NCBI GenBank assembly: GCA_017445025.1
Contig: JAFSVJ010000009.1
Location: 1,536 to 65,535 of the forward strand
DNA from: Abditibacteriota bacterium
Lineage (GTDB): Bacteria > Armatimonadota > UBA5829
DNA length: 64,000 nucleotides
Direction of reading: 5' to 3'
Below the pieces are notes generated by a model that was not told where the DNA came from, did not search any database, and saw only the letters and a program-made list of their open reading frames with translations. Each line of letters opens with the position of its first letter. Position 1 is the first letter of the stretch. Positions 18,888-29,322 of this stretch are shown piece by piece. The translations under genes were made by a program, and so were the position numbers.

Positions 18888-21238
18888 TGGCACGGTATAT
18901 ATATGATTCTGAAACAGGTGGTATTCTGCTTCAGTATTTTGATGGAATAACATCTAACGAACCAAGACCTGTATATGCAACAGAGTTAAATATATTGGGA
19001 GTTGATGAATATTGGGATTATGAAAATCAAGATGATATCCCTTATATGTGGGCTGAGGCTAATCACTATTATTATAAAGGTATAAAAATATTTGACACTA
19101 AAGGTGGTAACCTTTATGAAAAGCCCAAAATTGAAATAATATATCAAAAAACTGAAAAAGAGAAGTTAACAGAAAATCCTGTTTTACCTTTTCATACTAA
19201 ATTAGATAAAATAAAAATCAAAGAAATGTGTGAGAAGAATAAGGAAGAATTAAATATATTAGAGCAATTAACTTGTAAAAAAATATATAATGAGTATTGC
19301 AAATATAAAGATAAACTTGATTGTTTTCATGTAGCTTTTAGTGGTGGTAAAGATAGTATTGTATTATTGGAACTTGTTAAAAAAGCTCTTCCTAAAAGCA
19401 GTTTTATTGTTTTATTTGGTGATACTCAAATGGAATTTCCGGATACTTATAAGATTATAGATATAGTAGAAGAGGGATGTAAAAAAGAGGGCATTGAATT
19501 TTATAGGGCCAAATCTCATCTAAAACCGGAAGAGAGTTGGAGATTATTTGGGCCTCCTTCAAGAGCATTAAGGTGGTGTTGTTCAGTTCATAAATCTGCT
19601 CCTCAGACTTTAAAATTAAGAGAAATATTAGGTAAAAAAGATTATATTGGAATGGATTTTGTAGGTGTTAGAGCTTTTGAAAGTTCAACCAGGGCTACCT
19701 ATGAAGAAGAGAATTTTGGAAAAAAACAAAAAGGCCAATATTCTTTTAATGCAATACTAAATTGGACTTCCGCCGATGTGTGGTTGTATATATATTCTAA
19801 TAATTTACCTATAAATGAAGCTTATAAAAAAGGCAATTCTCGTGCAGGATGTTTGTTTTGCCCAATGGGTGGTGGAAAAGGAGATTTTTTTCAGTATTAT
19901 TCATATTCTAAAGAAATGAATCCGTTAATATCAATAGTAAAAGACTTGTATATAAATGATACTGATAGTCAAGAAAAAATAAATTCTTATGTTTTTTCTG
20001 GTGGATGGAATGCTAGAAAAAATGGTAGGGATTTAACTATTTCTAAAAATAATTATAAAGAAGAAAAAATAGGACAAGACTTAATTATAACAATAAAGAA
20101 TCCTAGATCTGATTGGAGAGAATGGATTAAAATCTTAAGCAATTATAACTTAAATTATGATATTGTTAGTAATGATAATACTTTAAAAATAATTATTAAT
20201 GAAAATTCATTAGATAAAAATTTAGTTAAATATAGTAATAATTCTAAAGATTTATCTTTAAAAAGAGTATTTAAACAAGTATTTAAGAAAGCATCAAGTT
20301 GTGTGGGTTGTAAAGTATGTGAGGCTAATTGTCGTTATGGGCATATATCATTTAATGATGGTCTTAAAATTAATGGTTGTATACAATGTTATGAATGTCA
20401 AGATTTAGTAAATGGTTGTTTACTGTATAATTCTTTAATAATACCAACAGGAGATAAAAGAAAATTGAGTATTAATTCTTTTGCTAATCACGCACCTAAG
20501 CCAGAATGGATAAAAGATTTTGTCCAAAATTATAAAAATAATGTTGATTTTTGGTCTAATAATACATTAGGTCCTCAACAAATACCTAGATTTAAAAAGT
20601 TTGTTAAAAGTTGTGGCTTTTTAGATAATTCAAATAAACCAACAAAATTATTAAACTTATTATCAAATAAAAGATATAATTCAATTGATATTTGGGGTAT
20701 TGCTTATGCGAATTTTGCTTATAATACGCAAAGTCGATGGTATATAGAAAATATGGAAATAGATACCATTTACACTCGTGATAAAATCTCAGATATGCTT
20801 GTTGAAGAAGGATTAAGTAGAGATGATTCTACTTCAGTTATTAATGCATTTAAACGTTTTTGTGATATACCTTTTGGTGTTTATCTTAAATTTGGCAATG
20901 TTAAATTAAGTAATAAGACTATAAAGACATTGTCAAGAACAAAGACTTCTTTAGATAATAATAATAAGTTAGTTCTTTTATATTCTTTATATAAATATGC
21001 TGAAGAATGTGGTGATTATTATCAATTTAGCTTATCTACTTTAATGGATATGACTATAAAGTCTAAGGGTATAAGTCCTGTGAAAATATTTGGTTTTAGT
21101 CGTGATGAAATGGAAGTTATGCTTAGTGGATTGTCAAGCAAATACACAGATTTTATTGATTACACGCCTACTCATGGTTTAGAAAAGATAACCTTAATGG
21201 ATTATCATACTTCACAGGACGTTTTAGATTTATTTTAG
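18887..21238 (+). CDS. brxP: PAPS-reductase-domain protein, BrxP-like (DndC-like ATP pyrophosphatase fold plus Cys-rich C-terminal region)
   Basis: FHVAFSGGKDSIVLLEL is the PP-loop SGGKDS motif of the PAPS reductase/DndC family. Downstream cysteine clusters (CLFCPMGGGK; CVGCKVCEANC...CIQCYEC) follow. GTG start. Confidence 0.65.
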   Translation: MARYIYDSETGGILLQYFDGITSNEPRPVYATELNILGVDEYWDYENQDDIPYMWAEANHYYYKGIKIFDTKGGNLYEKPKIEIIYQKTEKEKLTENPVLPFHTKLDKIKIKEMCEKNKEELNILEQLTCKKIYNEYCKYKDKLDCFHVAFSGGKDSIVLLELVKKALPKSSFIVLFGDTQMEFPDTYKIIDIVEEGCKKEGIEFYRAKSHLKPEESWRLFGPPSRALRWCCSVHKSAPQTLKLREILGKKDYIGMDFVGVRAFESSTRATYEEENFGKKQKGQYSFNAILNWTSADVWLYIYSNNLPINEAYKKGNSRAGCLFCPMGGGKGDFFQYYSYSKEMNPLISIVKDLYINDTDSQEKINSYVFSGGWNARKNGRDLTISKNNYKEEKIGQDLIITIKNPRSDWREWIKILSNYNLNYDIVSNDNTLKIIINENSLDKNLVKYSNNSKDLSLKRVFKQVFKKASSCVGCKVCEANCRYGHISFNDGLKINGCIQCYECQDLVNGCLLYNSLIIPTGDKRKLSINSFANHAPKPEWIKDFVQNYKNNVDFWSNNTLGPQQIPRFKKFVKSCGFLDNSNKPTKLLNLLSNKRYNSIDIWGIAYANFAYNTQSRWYIENMEIDTIYTRDKISDMLVEEGLSRDDSTSVINAFKRFCDIPFGVYLKFGNVKLSNKTIKTLSRTKTSLDNNNKLVLLYSLYKYAEECGDYYQFSLSTLMDMTIKSKGISPVKIFGFSRDEMEVMLSGLSSKYTDFIDYTPTHGLEKITLMDYHTSQDVLDLF

Positions 21239-21249
21239 GAGTTTTCATA

Positions 21250-24200
21250 ATGAAGAAATATATAGATTACTTTGATATTGATCCTTCTTATTATCCGGAA
21301 ATTAATCCCGATTCAATTAAAGACCAAAAGTGGTATAGAACAACTCCACATAAAACTTTTATTGATGTTTTGAAACAAGTTGAAAGAACATTAAGTAGAG
21401 AAACAACAGAAGCTTGCAAAGGAATATGGATAGAAGGTTCATATGGAACAGGAAAGTCAAGAGTTATATGGACTATAGATAATATTTTGACTTGTTCTAA
21501 CGAGGAATTGAGTAAATACTTTAATAGCTATGCTCTTTTACAACAAGAAAAAGATTTACTTAATAAGATAAATGCTCTTAAATCCGGAAAAATACTAACT
21601 GTTTATAAATATAAATCCGGTGATATAGATAATATTAATAAGCTTATTATCAAAATATATGAAAGTGTTACCAAAGCATTAAAGAATAATAAATTTGATT
21701 ATATTGGAAAAGATACAATACGTGGAAAAATAGTTTCTTTTTTAGAAGAAGATGAAGAGAATAGGAACATCTTTGCTCAATTAATAAATAAACCAAAATA
21801 TAAGTCGTTAGGTAGTCTAAACGGAAAATCTGTTAGTGAGATTATCAAAATATTAAAAAATACTAATCAAAATGCTGAGGATTTAGTTAATGATATCATA
21901 AAGATATCAGATGATAATATTAATCTTTTTTCTTTAGATATGGATGATTTGAAATCATGGATATCAGAAGTGTTATCAGAGAATAAAGATAAAGGATTAA
22001 AAGCTATAGTATTATTATGGGATGAGTTTTCAGCATTTTTCAAGAAAAATAAAGATTCTCTTGATGTTTTTCAATCATTAGCTGAATTATCAAATAATGA
22101 TCCTTTCTATTTGATTATAGCAACTCATGAAAGTTCTTCTATAGTATCTCCGGAAGAAAAAGCTTCTTTTAAAGTTATTTCTGACAGATTTAATCATTTT
22201 AATATTAAAATGCCAAACTCAACTGCATTTGAATTGATTGCAGATGCAATGGATATAAAAAAAACTTCTAAATCTGAATATGAAATACTAACATCTGAAT
22301 TAAATGACAATATGAAAAAATCAAGGGAAGCTGTATGTAGGTTAAATGACAAGGATATAATTAGTGAAGAAACTATGAAAAGATTATGTCCTATTCATCC
22401 TATGACGGCTCTTTTATTAAAGCATATATCTACTTTTTTTGCGTCAAACCAAAGAAGTATGTTTAATTTTATTAAAGATAATGATAGTGATAAACTAAAA
22501 GCTTTTCAGTGGTTTATTAATAATTATTCTCCTGAAGATGGTCAACTTTTAGCCGTAGATTTTTTATGGGATTTCTTTTATAATTATGGAACAACTGATC
22601 ATAGTTCTTTTTCAGGCAGAGCAAATTTAGATATAATTATAGCTAATATTCTTGACACCTATCCAAGGGAAGAAAAAAAACTTAATAATGAGCAAAAAAG
22701 AGTCTTAAAAGCTGTTTTAATGATGCTTGCTATAAACAAAAGATTAAATAATAGTGTTGAATTATTAATTCCTAATGATAAAAATATTAAAATGGTATTT
22801 GAAGGAGATGATAATTTAGAAGATAAAGCTGTAAATATTGTTAAAAACTTTTTTGTAGATAATTTTAAAATACTTTATATTGATAAAGATGAAAATAATC
22901 AAGATGTTTATAAAGTTAATATGCCTGGTGAAGAACAAGAAATATTAAAGATAAAAGAAAGGTTACTTCAAGAAGTTAAAACAATTAATATATTAGAATC
23001 CGGTGAAAATTCTATACTTTCATCTATTTCTTTTCCTAATAAGATTAACATAAGATATAAATTTTATTATCTAACAGTTGATAATTTTACAAAAAAACTT
23101 AATAAAATTGCCGAAGAAGAAACTAAACTTTTTAAAGCTGTTTTATGTTTTGCCAGAAATAAAAATGAACAATTAATTATCAATAATAAAATAAAAGAAG
23201 CAATAAAAGATGATATATTTAAAGATATTGTTTTTGTAGATATGTCTAATAATTTATTAAGTGATGATAAATTTAACAATTTTATAGATTACAGTGCAAG
23301 AGAAGAATACTGGCGAGGAAAAGATGATAGTTTAGCTGATGAAAAGAAAAGAAACAAAGAAATGATTCTTGATGATTGGGCTAATGATATTAATAATGGA
23401 GAGTATAAAGTATCTAATGTTAAAAATGCATATGCTAAAGATTGTAATTCATTTGATAGTTTAAAAGAAGCATTAGTAGAAATAGTATTAAAGTATTATC
23501 CTTTGGTATTTGATAATTATAAAATTGCTGAACCTTTATTTAATTCTTCTGACTTTAATATTGGAATTTTGTGTGGGTTAGGAATATCTAATAAAAAAGG
23601 AGATAAATATTACAGCGTTTATCAAGAAAAAGATATTAGAATGATCTTAGGAAAACTTGTTGATGATGATAATTATTGGATTACAGATAAAAGCCATAAT
23701 ATATCTCAAATAAAGATAAAATTAGATGAATATATTCAAAATGAATTTGATAGAAATAATAAGGTTTCTATAGGTGATATATTTGATTTCTTAATGGGTC
23801 TTGGGTTTATATATAATAATTTATATGCATATTTGACCGGATTTTTATTAAAGGGTTATTCCTGCAGACCCTATCGTTATAGTATAGGTTTAGAAGGAGA
23901 AAATGGTGGTGAAATAGATCCTAATAAACTTGCTGAATTTGTTAGTGAATATATGAAATTTAAACAAACTGGTAAAAATGAACCAAAAATTAAATATATT
24001 CAAATAATGACAGATAATCAACGAGAATTTTTAAGTTTTATTAATTCTTCCTATGGTGTTGATAAAGATTTGTCTGTTGAACAAGCAGTAATTCACTTAA
24101 GAAATAAACTTTTGAGTATAGGTTATCCGTTATGGGTTTATAAAACAATTGATGAAAATGGATTAAGTGACTACATTGATAAGTTAAGTAATATAGTTAA

Positions 24201-25461
24201 TACAGATCGAAGTCAAAACGTTGCTGATTTAGTTGAACAATTTGGGAAACAATTAGTGAATAATACTAATTTAGCAATTAATTTAAAGGCATTACTTACA
24301 TTAGAGAAAGGTAAAGAAGCTATGGATACCTTTTTAGATACTTTTGAAGCAGGTTCTATAAAAACATTAGCTAAAGAAATTAGAGTAATTGATTATATTA
24401 AGGAAGTTCAAGAAACTATCAGTAAAGGTATAAAAGCATGGTTATGGAACGAAGAAGATGGTAAAAAAGAGTTAAGAAAATTAATTCTTGATTATAAGAT
24501 TATTGCTAAAAGTAATAATATTATTGATAGGACAAATTGTTTTTCTGATTGTATTGCTAAATGGAAAGAATTCTTTGAACATAATATTAAATTACCTTAT
24601 TCAATTGTTATGGTAGAATATAATGAATTATCTGATTTTTTTGATTGTATAAAAGAATCAATATCTTCTGCCATGAATATTATTAGTTATGAGAGTAGGC
24701 AAAAGTTTTTTGATGCAATATCTAATAATGAAAATACAATAATTAATATTAATGAAAGATGTAAAGAACTATTAAAAAATAAGTTTATAACATTTGTTAC
24801 TGATTTCTCTGATGATGATATAGAAAATTTATATATTAGTCTTTCTAATGATTCTTTTATAAAATCAGAATCAGAATTTTATCAAATTATTAAAAGAGAA
24901 GCTAATCTTATACAAAATCGTTTATTGAGAAACAAAATAGTATCCAAATGGAAAGAATTAACTAATACAGCATCTTCTAAAGAATGGTGTAATAAATACA
25001 GGTGTCCTATATTAATTATGATTGATGATGCTGAATTCAATGATGCTAAAGACCTATTTACTGTTTTGGATGAAAGTTTTAAATTTAATGATAGTATGTT
25101 ACAGAGAGTATTAGAGTTTATTGAAAAAAAACCTAAATTTATTTTTAAAATAAATAATAAAACAGAAATTGATAAAGTTTTTAGTAATAAAATGATTCGT
25201 GAATATCAAGTTATAATAGATGATGTAGAAGATCTAAAGAATAAACTATCTTCAATAGACTCAAATTATTATAATTGGTATGGCAATCAAGTTATAAATG
25301 ATGCTATTAGAGAGTTTGCTCAAGATAAATATCTTAATGGAGGCTTTGAAGAAATCAAAAATGATATTCAGGGAAAAACAGCAGATGAAGTTAAAAGCCT
25401 TTTATTAGATTTAATTTCAAATAATGTTGATGCAGGAATATTAGTAATAAAGAAAAGGTAG
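21250..25461 (+). CDS. brxC: Giant P-loop ATPase, BrxC/PglY-like
   Basis: 1403 aa with an N-terminal Walker A (GIWIEGSYGTGKSRV) near residue 60 and a long alpha-helical remainder. Size and architecture are typical of BrxC. RBS aggag. Confidence 0.6.
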   Translation: MKKYIDYFDIDPSYYPEINPDSIKDQKWYRTTPHKTFIDVLKQVERTLSRETTEACKGIWIEGSYGTGKSRVIWTIDNILTCSNEELSKYFNSYALLQQEKDLLNKINALKSGKILTVYKYKSGDIDNINKLIIKIYESVTKALKNNKFDYIGKDTIRGKIVSFLEEDEENRNIFAQLINKPKYKSLGSLNGKSVSEIIKILKNTNQNAEDLVNDIIKISDDNINLFSLDMDDLKSWISEVLSENKDKGLKAIVLLWDEFSAFFKKNKDSLDVFQSLAELSNNDPFYLIIATHESSSIVSPEEKASFKVISDRFNHFNIKMPNSTAFELIADAMDIKKTSKSEYEILTSELNDNMKKSREAVCRLNDKDIISEETMKRLCPIHPMTALLLKHISTFFASNQRSMFNFIKDNDSDKLKAFQWFINNYSPEDGQLLAVDFLWDFFYNYGTTDHSSFSGRANLDIIIANILDTYPREEKKLNNEQKRVLKAVLMMLAINKRLNNSVELLIPNDKNIKMVFEGDDNLEDKAVNIVKNFFVDNFKILYIDKDENNQDVYKVNMPGEEQEILKIKERLLQEVKTINILESGENSILSSISFPNKINIRYKFYYLTVDNFTKKLNKIAEEETKLFKAVLCFARNKNEQLIINNKIKEAIKDDIFKDIVFVDMSNNLLSDDKFNNFIDYSAREEYWRGKDDSLADEKKRNKEMILDDWANDINNGEYKVSNVKNAYAKDCNSFDSLKEALVEIVLKYYPLVFDNYKIAEPLFNSSDFNIGILCGLGISNKKGDKYYSVYQEKDIRMILGKLVDDDNYWITDKSHNISQIKIKLDEYIQNEFDRNNKVSIGDIFDFLMGLGFIYNNLYAYLTGFLLKGYSCRPYRYSIGLEGENGGEIDPNKLAEFVSEYMKFKQTGKNEPKIKYIQIMTDNQREFLSFINSSYGVDKDLSVEQAVIHLRNKLLSIGYPLWVYKTIDENGLSDYIDKLSNIVNTDRSQNVADLVEQFGKQLVNNTNLAINLKALLTLEKGKEAMDTFLDTFEAGSIKTLAKEIRVIDYIKEVQETISKGIKAWLWNEEDGKKELRKLILDYKIIAKSNNIIDRTNCFSDCIAKWKEFFEHNIKLPYSIVMVEYNELSDFFDCIKESISSAMNIISYESRQKFFDAISNNENTIININERCKELLKNKFITFVTDFSDDDIENLYISLSNDSFIKSESEFYQIIKREANLIQNRLLRNKIVSKWKELTNTASSKEWCNKYRCPILIMIDDAEFNDAKDLFTVLDESFKFNDSMLQRVLEFIEKKPKFIFKINNKTEIDKVFSNKMIREYQVIIDDVEDLKNKLSSIDSNYYNWYGNQVINDAIREFAQDKYLNGGFEEIKNDIQGKTADEVKSLLLDLISNNVDAGILVIKKR

Positions 25462-25465
25462 TATT

Positions 25466-27619
25466 ATGGAAGATTTTGAATCTGTTAAAATAAATATCGA
25501 TAATTATTTTTCTAGTAAAGAACCCTTCCCTTTCTTCCTTTCAATTAATGGGACTGAAGAATATAAAGAAGTATTAAACCAATATCCCGGTATACAAAAA
25601 ATATATATAAGTGATTATTGTAATGAAGATTCTTTTATTGATTCTGATAAATTAATTAATTATCTTTCTCAAAATAATAGTAAATGCTTATTATTGGGGT
25701 TGGGTGATTATATTAGTCTGTCTTATGATACTAATATTTTTGAAAGAATCAGTAATTTATGCATTAGTGGAAAACTATTAGTTTTGTGTAAAGGAATAAA
25801 AAACTTTATTAATAGTCAATCATCTATTGATGATAAATTTGATAACAGAAGGTATTATATAGTGAATTCCTCTTGTCATAATAATACTATTATTAAAGTT
25901 AAATTTGATATTGAGTATAATAATGCAATTTATGGTTTTAAACAATTACTTAAGAAAATGGAAAATTGTGACGATAGTAAATTTATAGTTAGAACTGAAT
26001 TGCATATAAAAAATGATTATGAGATAACTTCATATTATGATGCATTAAAGTATGAAAAAAAGATATCCAATATTACTGAAGATGTATTATCACAAGACCT
26101 ATGGAAAGAATTTTATAAGGATGAAAGACTTACCGATTATAAAATTAGCCATTGGAGGTTTTACTTAAAAGTATTATTGAACGGAACAAAGGATGAATAT
26201 TTATGTGAAGTTATTAAAAAATCCCCAAATTATGATACATATAAGCAGCAGATTTATAATTGTATTTTAGATATTGATTGTTCTGATAAAAGGTTTGATT
26301 TATTATATGAAAAAAGAAAAATATTGTTAAAAGACTTAAACAAGAATGCTCCAGAATTAGATGAATATTTGTTGAGAACGAAGGATAAGAGTAAAGATAG
26401 GGTTTATTATTTAACAGATAATACAGATAAAGAGAAATATGAAATTATTGAGGAAATATGTAAATTTAAAGAAATACCTAAAAATTTAATAAATATTTAT
26501 CCTGATTTAAATAAGTATCTTCAAAATTATAAATTTGAAACTACAGATAGTGAAATATATACAGAATATTTCAATCAATATAAAAAACAAAAACTTTTGA
26601 ATTATATTGAGCCAGAGTTTTTAAATAAAGTAATAGACTTAGCTAATAAAAGAATATACAATACACTTGAAACAAATTATTCTGTTATAGAAAAGTATAA
26701 AAATGGGAATAATTTTCTATATTGGATAGACGCTTTAGGAGTAGAATTTCTTGGTTATATTCAAAAAAAAGCTTATGATAAAGGATTAAATATAAATTTT
26801 ATAATTGCAAGGTGTATTTTACCTTCTCTGACTAGTTTAAATTCTTTTTTTTACAATGAATGGAAGGGAAAGAAAACTGCAAACAAAAATTTAGACAAAA
26901 ACAAGCATGAAGGTGATAATAGATTTAATTATTTAAATAAAAAGACTCCTATTCATTTAGTTGAAGAATTAAAAATAATATCAGAAGCGTTAGATTTTGC
27001 AAAAAGTGAATTAACACAGCATAATTTCGAAAAAGTAATTATTGCTTCAGATCATGGCTCTAGTCGATTGGCAGTAATTAATGAACAAGAGAATAAATGG
27101 GTAATGAAAACAAAAGGAGAACATTCTGGAAGATGTTGCCCTGTTGACGAATTATCTGAAAAACCTGAAGTTGCAACTAACGAAAATAATTATTATGTGT
27201 TGGCTAATTATGATAGATTTAAAGGTGGACGAAAAGCAAGTGTTGAAGTTCATGGTGGAGCTACACTTGAAGAGGTTTTGGTTCCTATTATTGAGATATC
27301 ATTATTGTCCGGTAATATAGATTTTCCGTTGGATTATGAACCGAAAATAATAAAGTGTGGACCAGAACATAAACCTGAAATAACATTATTTGTCCCCGTT
27401 AAGTCTAATAATGTAATACTTAGAATAAACAGTTATAATTACAATGCAACTCCAATTGATGATTCACACTATAAGGTTGTTTTAGATGATATAGTTAATA
27501 CCGGTGAGTATACAGCTGATGTTATTGTTGATAATAATATTAAAGGTTCAATAACATTTAAAACACAAAATATAATTGCTAGTTCAAATGATAGTGATTC
27601 TTTTTTTGAAGATTTTTAA
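25466..27619 (+). CDS. pglZ: PglZ-like alkaline-phosphatase-superfamily protein
   Basis: 717 aa. VIIASDHGSS and EVHGGATLEEVLVPII resemble the metal-ligand DHG and HGG motifs of the alkaline phosphatase/PglZ clan. Position directly after the BrxC-like gene fits BREX order. Confidence 0.5.
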   Translation: MEDFESVKINIDNYFSSKEPFPFFLSINGTEEYKEVLNQYPGIQKIYISDYCNEDSFIDSDKLINYLSQNNSKCLLLGLGDYISLSYDTNIFERISNLCISGKLLVLCKGIKNFINSQSSIDDKFDNRRYYIVNSSCHNNTIIKVKFDIEYNNAIYGFKQLLKKMENCDDSKFIVRTELHIKNDYEITSYYDALKYEKKISNITEDVLSQDLWKEFYKDERLTDYKISHWRFYLKVLLNGTKDEYLCEVIKKSPNYDTYKQQIYNCILDIDCSDKRFDLLYEKRKILLKDLNKNAPELDEYLLRTKDKSKDRVYYLTDNTDKEKYEIIEEICKFKEIPKNLINIYPDLNKYLQNYKFETTDSEIYTEYFNQYKKQKLLNYIEPEFLNKVIDLANKRIYNTLETNYSVIEKYKNGNNFLYWIDALGVEFLGYIQKKAYDKGLNINFIIARCILPSLTSLNSFFYNEWKGKKTANKNLDKNKHEGDNRFNYLNKKTPIHLVEELKIISEALDFAKSELTQHNFEKVIIASDHGSSRLAVINEQENKWVMKTKGEHSGRCCPVDELSEKPEVATNENNYYVLANYDRFKGGRKASVEVHGGATLEEVLVPIIEISLLSGNIDFPLDYEPKIIKCGPEHKPEITLFVPVKSNNVILRINSYNYNATPIDDSHYKVVLDDIVNTGEYTADVIVDNNIKGSITFKTQNIIASSNDSDSFFEDF

Positions 27620-27629
27620 GGATTAAAGT

Positions 27630-29093
27630 ATGATAGATAAGTTAAGAAAATATTTTGATGAAATGGTAGTATATAAAGATTTAAAGAATAGTAATTTCTT
27701 TTCTGCTTTGAGTTTACCTTCATTTACTCGTGATTGGCTATTAAAGCGATTTGAAAACAAAGAAGGTCAATTTGATATTGATAATTTAGCTGCATTTGTT
27801 AAGAAGAATATCCCAAAAAAAAATGATTGGACTGCAATTGAAAGTAGAATAGTTAAAGATTATGAAAGAGTAAAAATATTAGCTAAAATTTCTATTGATA
27901 TAGATATTAAAACAGGAGAAGTTTCTTTTTCTTTACCTGAATTTGGTTTGTCTTCTAAAAATACTATTATTGAAGATGATGTATATGATGAATTTAAAGA
28001 AGATTTAGTTAGCGGACATGAAGTTTGGGGTATGCTTGAATTAGGATATAGACAACCAAATGATACTGTTAAGCCTAAAATTCCTGGAAAAATAAAATTA
28101 ATTAAATTTAAAAACTTTTGTCCCTACAATATAAATGTAGATTATTATAAAAATGTTAGGTCTAAATTTACTATTGATGAATGGATAAATGTTCTTTTAG
28201 GAGCTATTGATTATAATGCAGATGGTTACAAAGATAATGAAGAAAAACTATCTATGCTTACAAGACTCTTACCATTCTGTGAAAAAAGATTAAATCTTAT
28301 AGAATTAGCTCCTAAAGGAACAGGTAAATCATATGTCTATGGTAGAATAAGTAGATTTGGTTGGCTTTCCAGTGGTGGTGTTATGAGCAGAGCTAAAATG
28401 TTCTATGACATTTCAAAAAGAGCAGAAGGTTTAGTTAGTGGAAATGATTTCATTACTCTTGATGAAGTGCAAACAATTTCTTTCACAGATATAGATGAAA
28501 TGAGAGCCGCATTAAAAGGTTATTTAGAGCAAGGTGTTTTTACTGTAGGTAATTATGAAGGATCAGCATCTTCGGGTGTCATTTTATGTGGTAATATATC
28601 CAAGAAAATAATGGATCAAGATGGAACAACTGATATGTTTAAAGAACTTCCAGATGTTTTCCACGAATCTGCTTTAATAGAACGTTTTCACGGGATAATT
28701 AGAGGTTGGAATATACCAAGAATGAATGATGATTTAAAAATATGTGGTTGGGCATTAAATTCTGAATACTTTTGTTCTATATTACACGAATTAAGAGAAG
28801 ATACAACATATCGAGTTGTTGTAGATAAGTTAATAGAGGTTCCTGAAGGGGCAGATACAAGAGATACTGAAGCTATTAAAAGAATTGTAACTGCTTACTT
28901 AAAACTTTTATTTCCGAATGTTAGACAGCCCGAAGATATTTCTCCTAGAGAATTTAAACAGTATTGTTTAAGACGTGCTAGAAATATGAGAGCCTTGATT
29001 AAATCTCAATTAGGAATTATTGATGAAGAATATAGAGGAAAAGATATTCCTAATTTAGTTGTTAATCCTCAATACTTAAATGATGATTTATAA
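27630..29093 (+). CDS. brxL: AAA-type ATPase, BrxL-like (Lon-related ATPase region; no protease Ser-Lys motif seen)
   Basis: 487 aa. Walker A LELAPKGTGKSYVY and Walker B FITLDEVQ. Position after the PglZ-like gene matches type 1 and type 4 BREX order. Confidence 0.45.
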   Translation: MIDKLRKYFDEMVVYKDLKNSNFFSALSLPSFTRDWLLKRFENKEGQFDIDNLAAFVKKNIPKKNDWTAIESRIVKDYERVKILAKISIDIDIKTGEVSFSLPEFGLSSKNTIIEDDVYDEFKEDLVSGHEVWGMLELGYRQPNDTVKPKIPGKIKLIKFKNFCPYNINVDYYKNVRSKFTIDEWINVLLGAIDYNADGYKDNEEKLSMLTRLLPFCEKRLNLIELAPKGTGKSYVYGRISRFGWLSSGGVMSRAKMFYDISKRAEGLVSGNDFITLDEVQTISFTDIDEMRAALKGYLEQGVFTVGNYEGSASSGVILCGNISKKIMDQDGTTDMFKELPDVFHESALIERFHGIIRGWNIPRMNDDLKICGWALNSEYFCSILHELREDTTYRVVVDKLIEVPEGADTRDTEAIKRIVTAYLKLLFPNVRQPEDISPREFKQYCLRRARNMRALIKSQLGIIDEEYRGKDIPNLVVNPQYLNDDL

Positions 29094-29106
29094 ATGGTAA
29101 TTAATA

Positions 29107-29307
29107 ATGAAAAAAGTTTACAATTGTTGTGCTTGTGGAAAAAGAAATTTAGAAAAAGATGAAATAGCGGTTTGTAAGAAAATGTTAGGTAGGAAAATAG
29201 AAAAGTTTTTCTGTTATGACTGTTTAGCAAATTATTTGGATTGTTCGGTTCAAGATATTTTAGATAAAATTGAAGAATTTAAAGCTCAAGGATGTAAACT
29301 GTTTTAA
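29107..29307 (+). CDS. Small zinc-ribbon protein
   Basis: 66 aa with CCACGK...C...CYDC Cys pairs. Lies between the BrxL-like and OLD-like genes in the same operon. Confidence 0.45.
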   Translation: MKKVYNCCACGKRNLEKDEIAVCKKMLGRKIEKFFCYDCLANYLDCSVQDILDKIEEFKAQGCKLF

Positions 29308-29322
29308 ATAACAACTAATAAT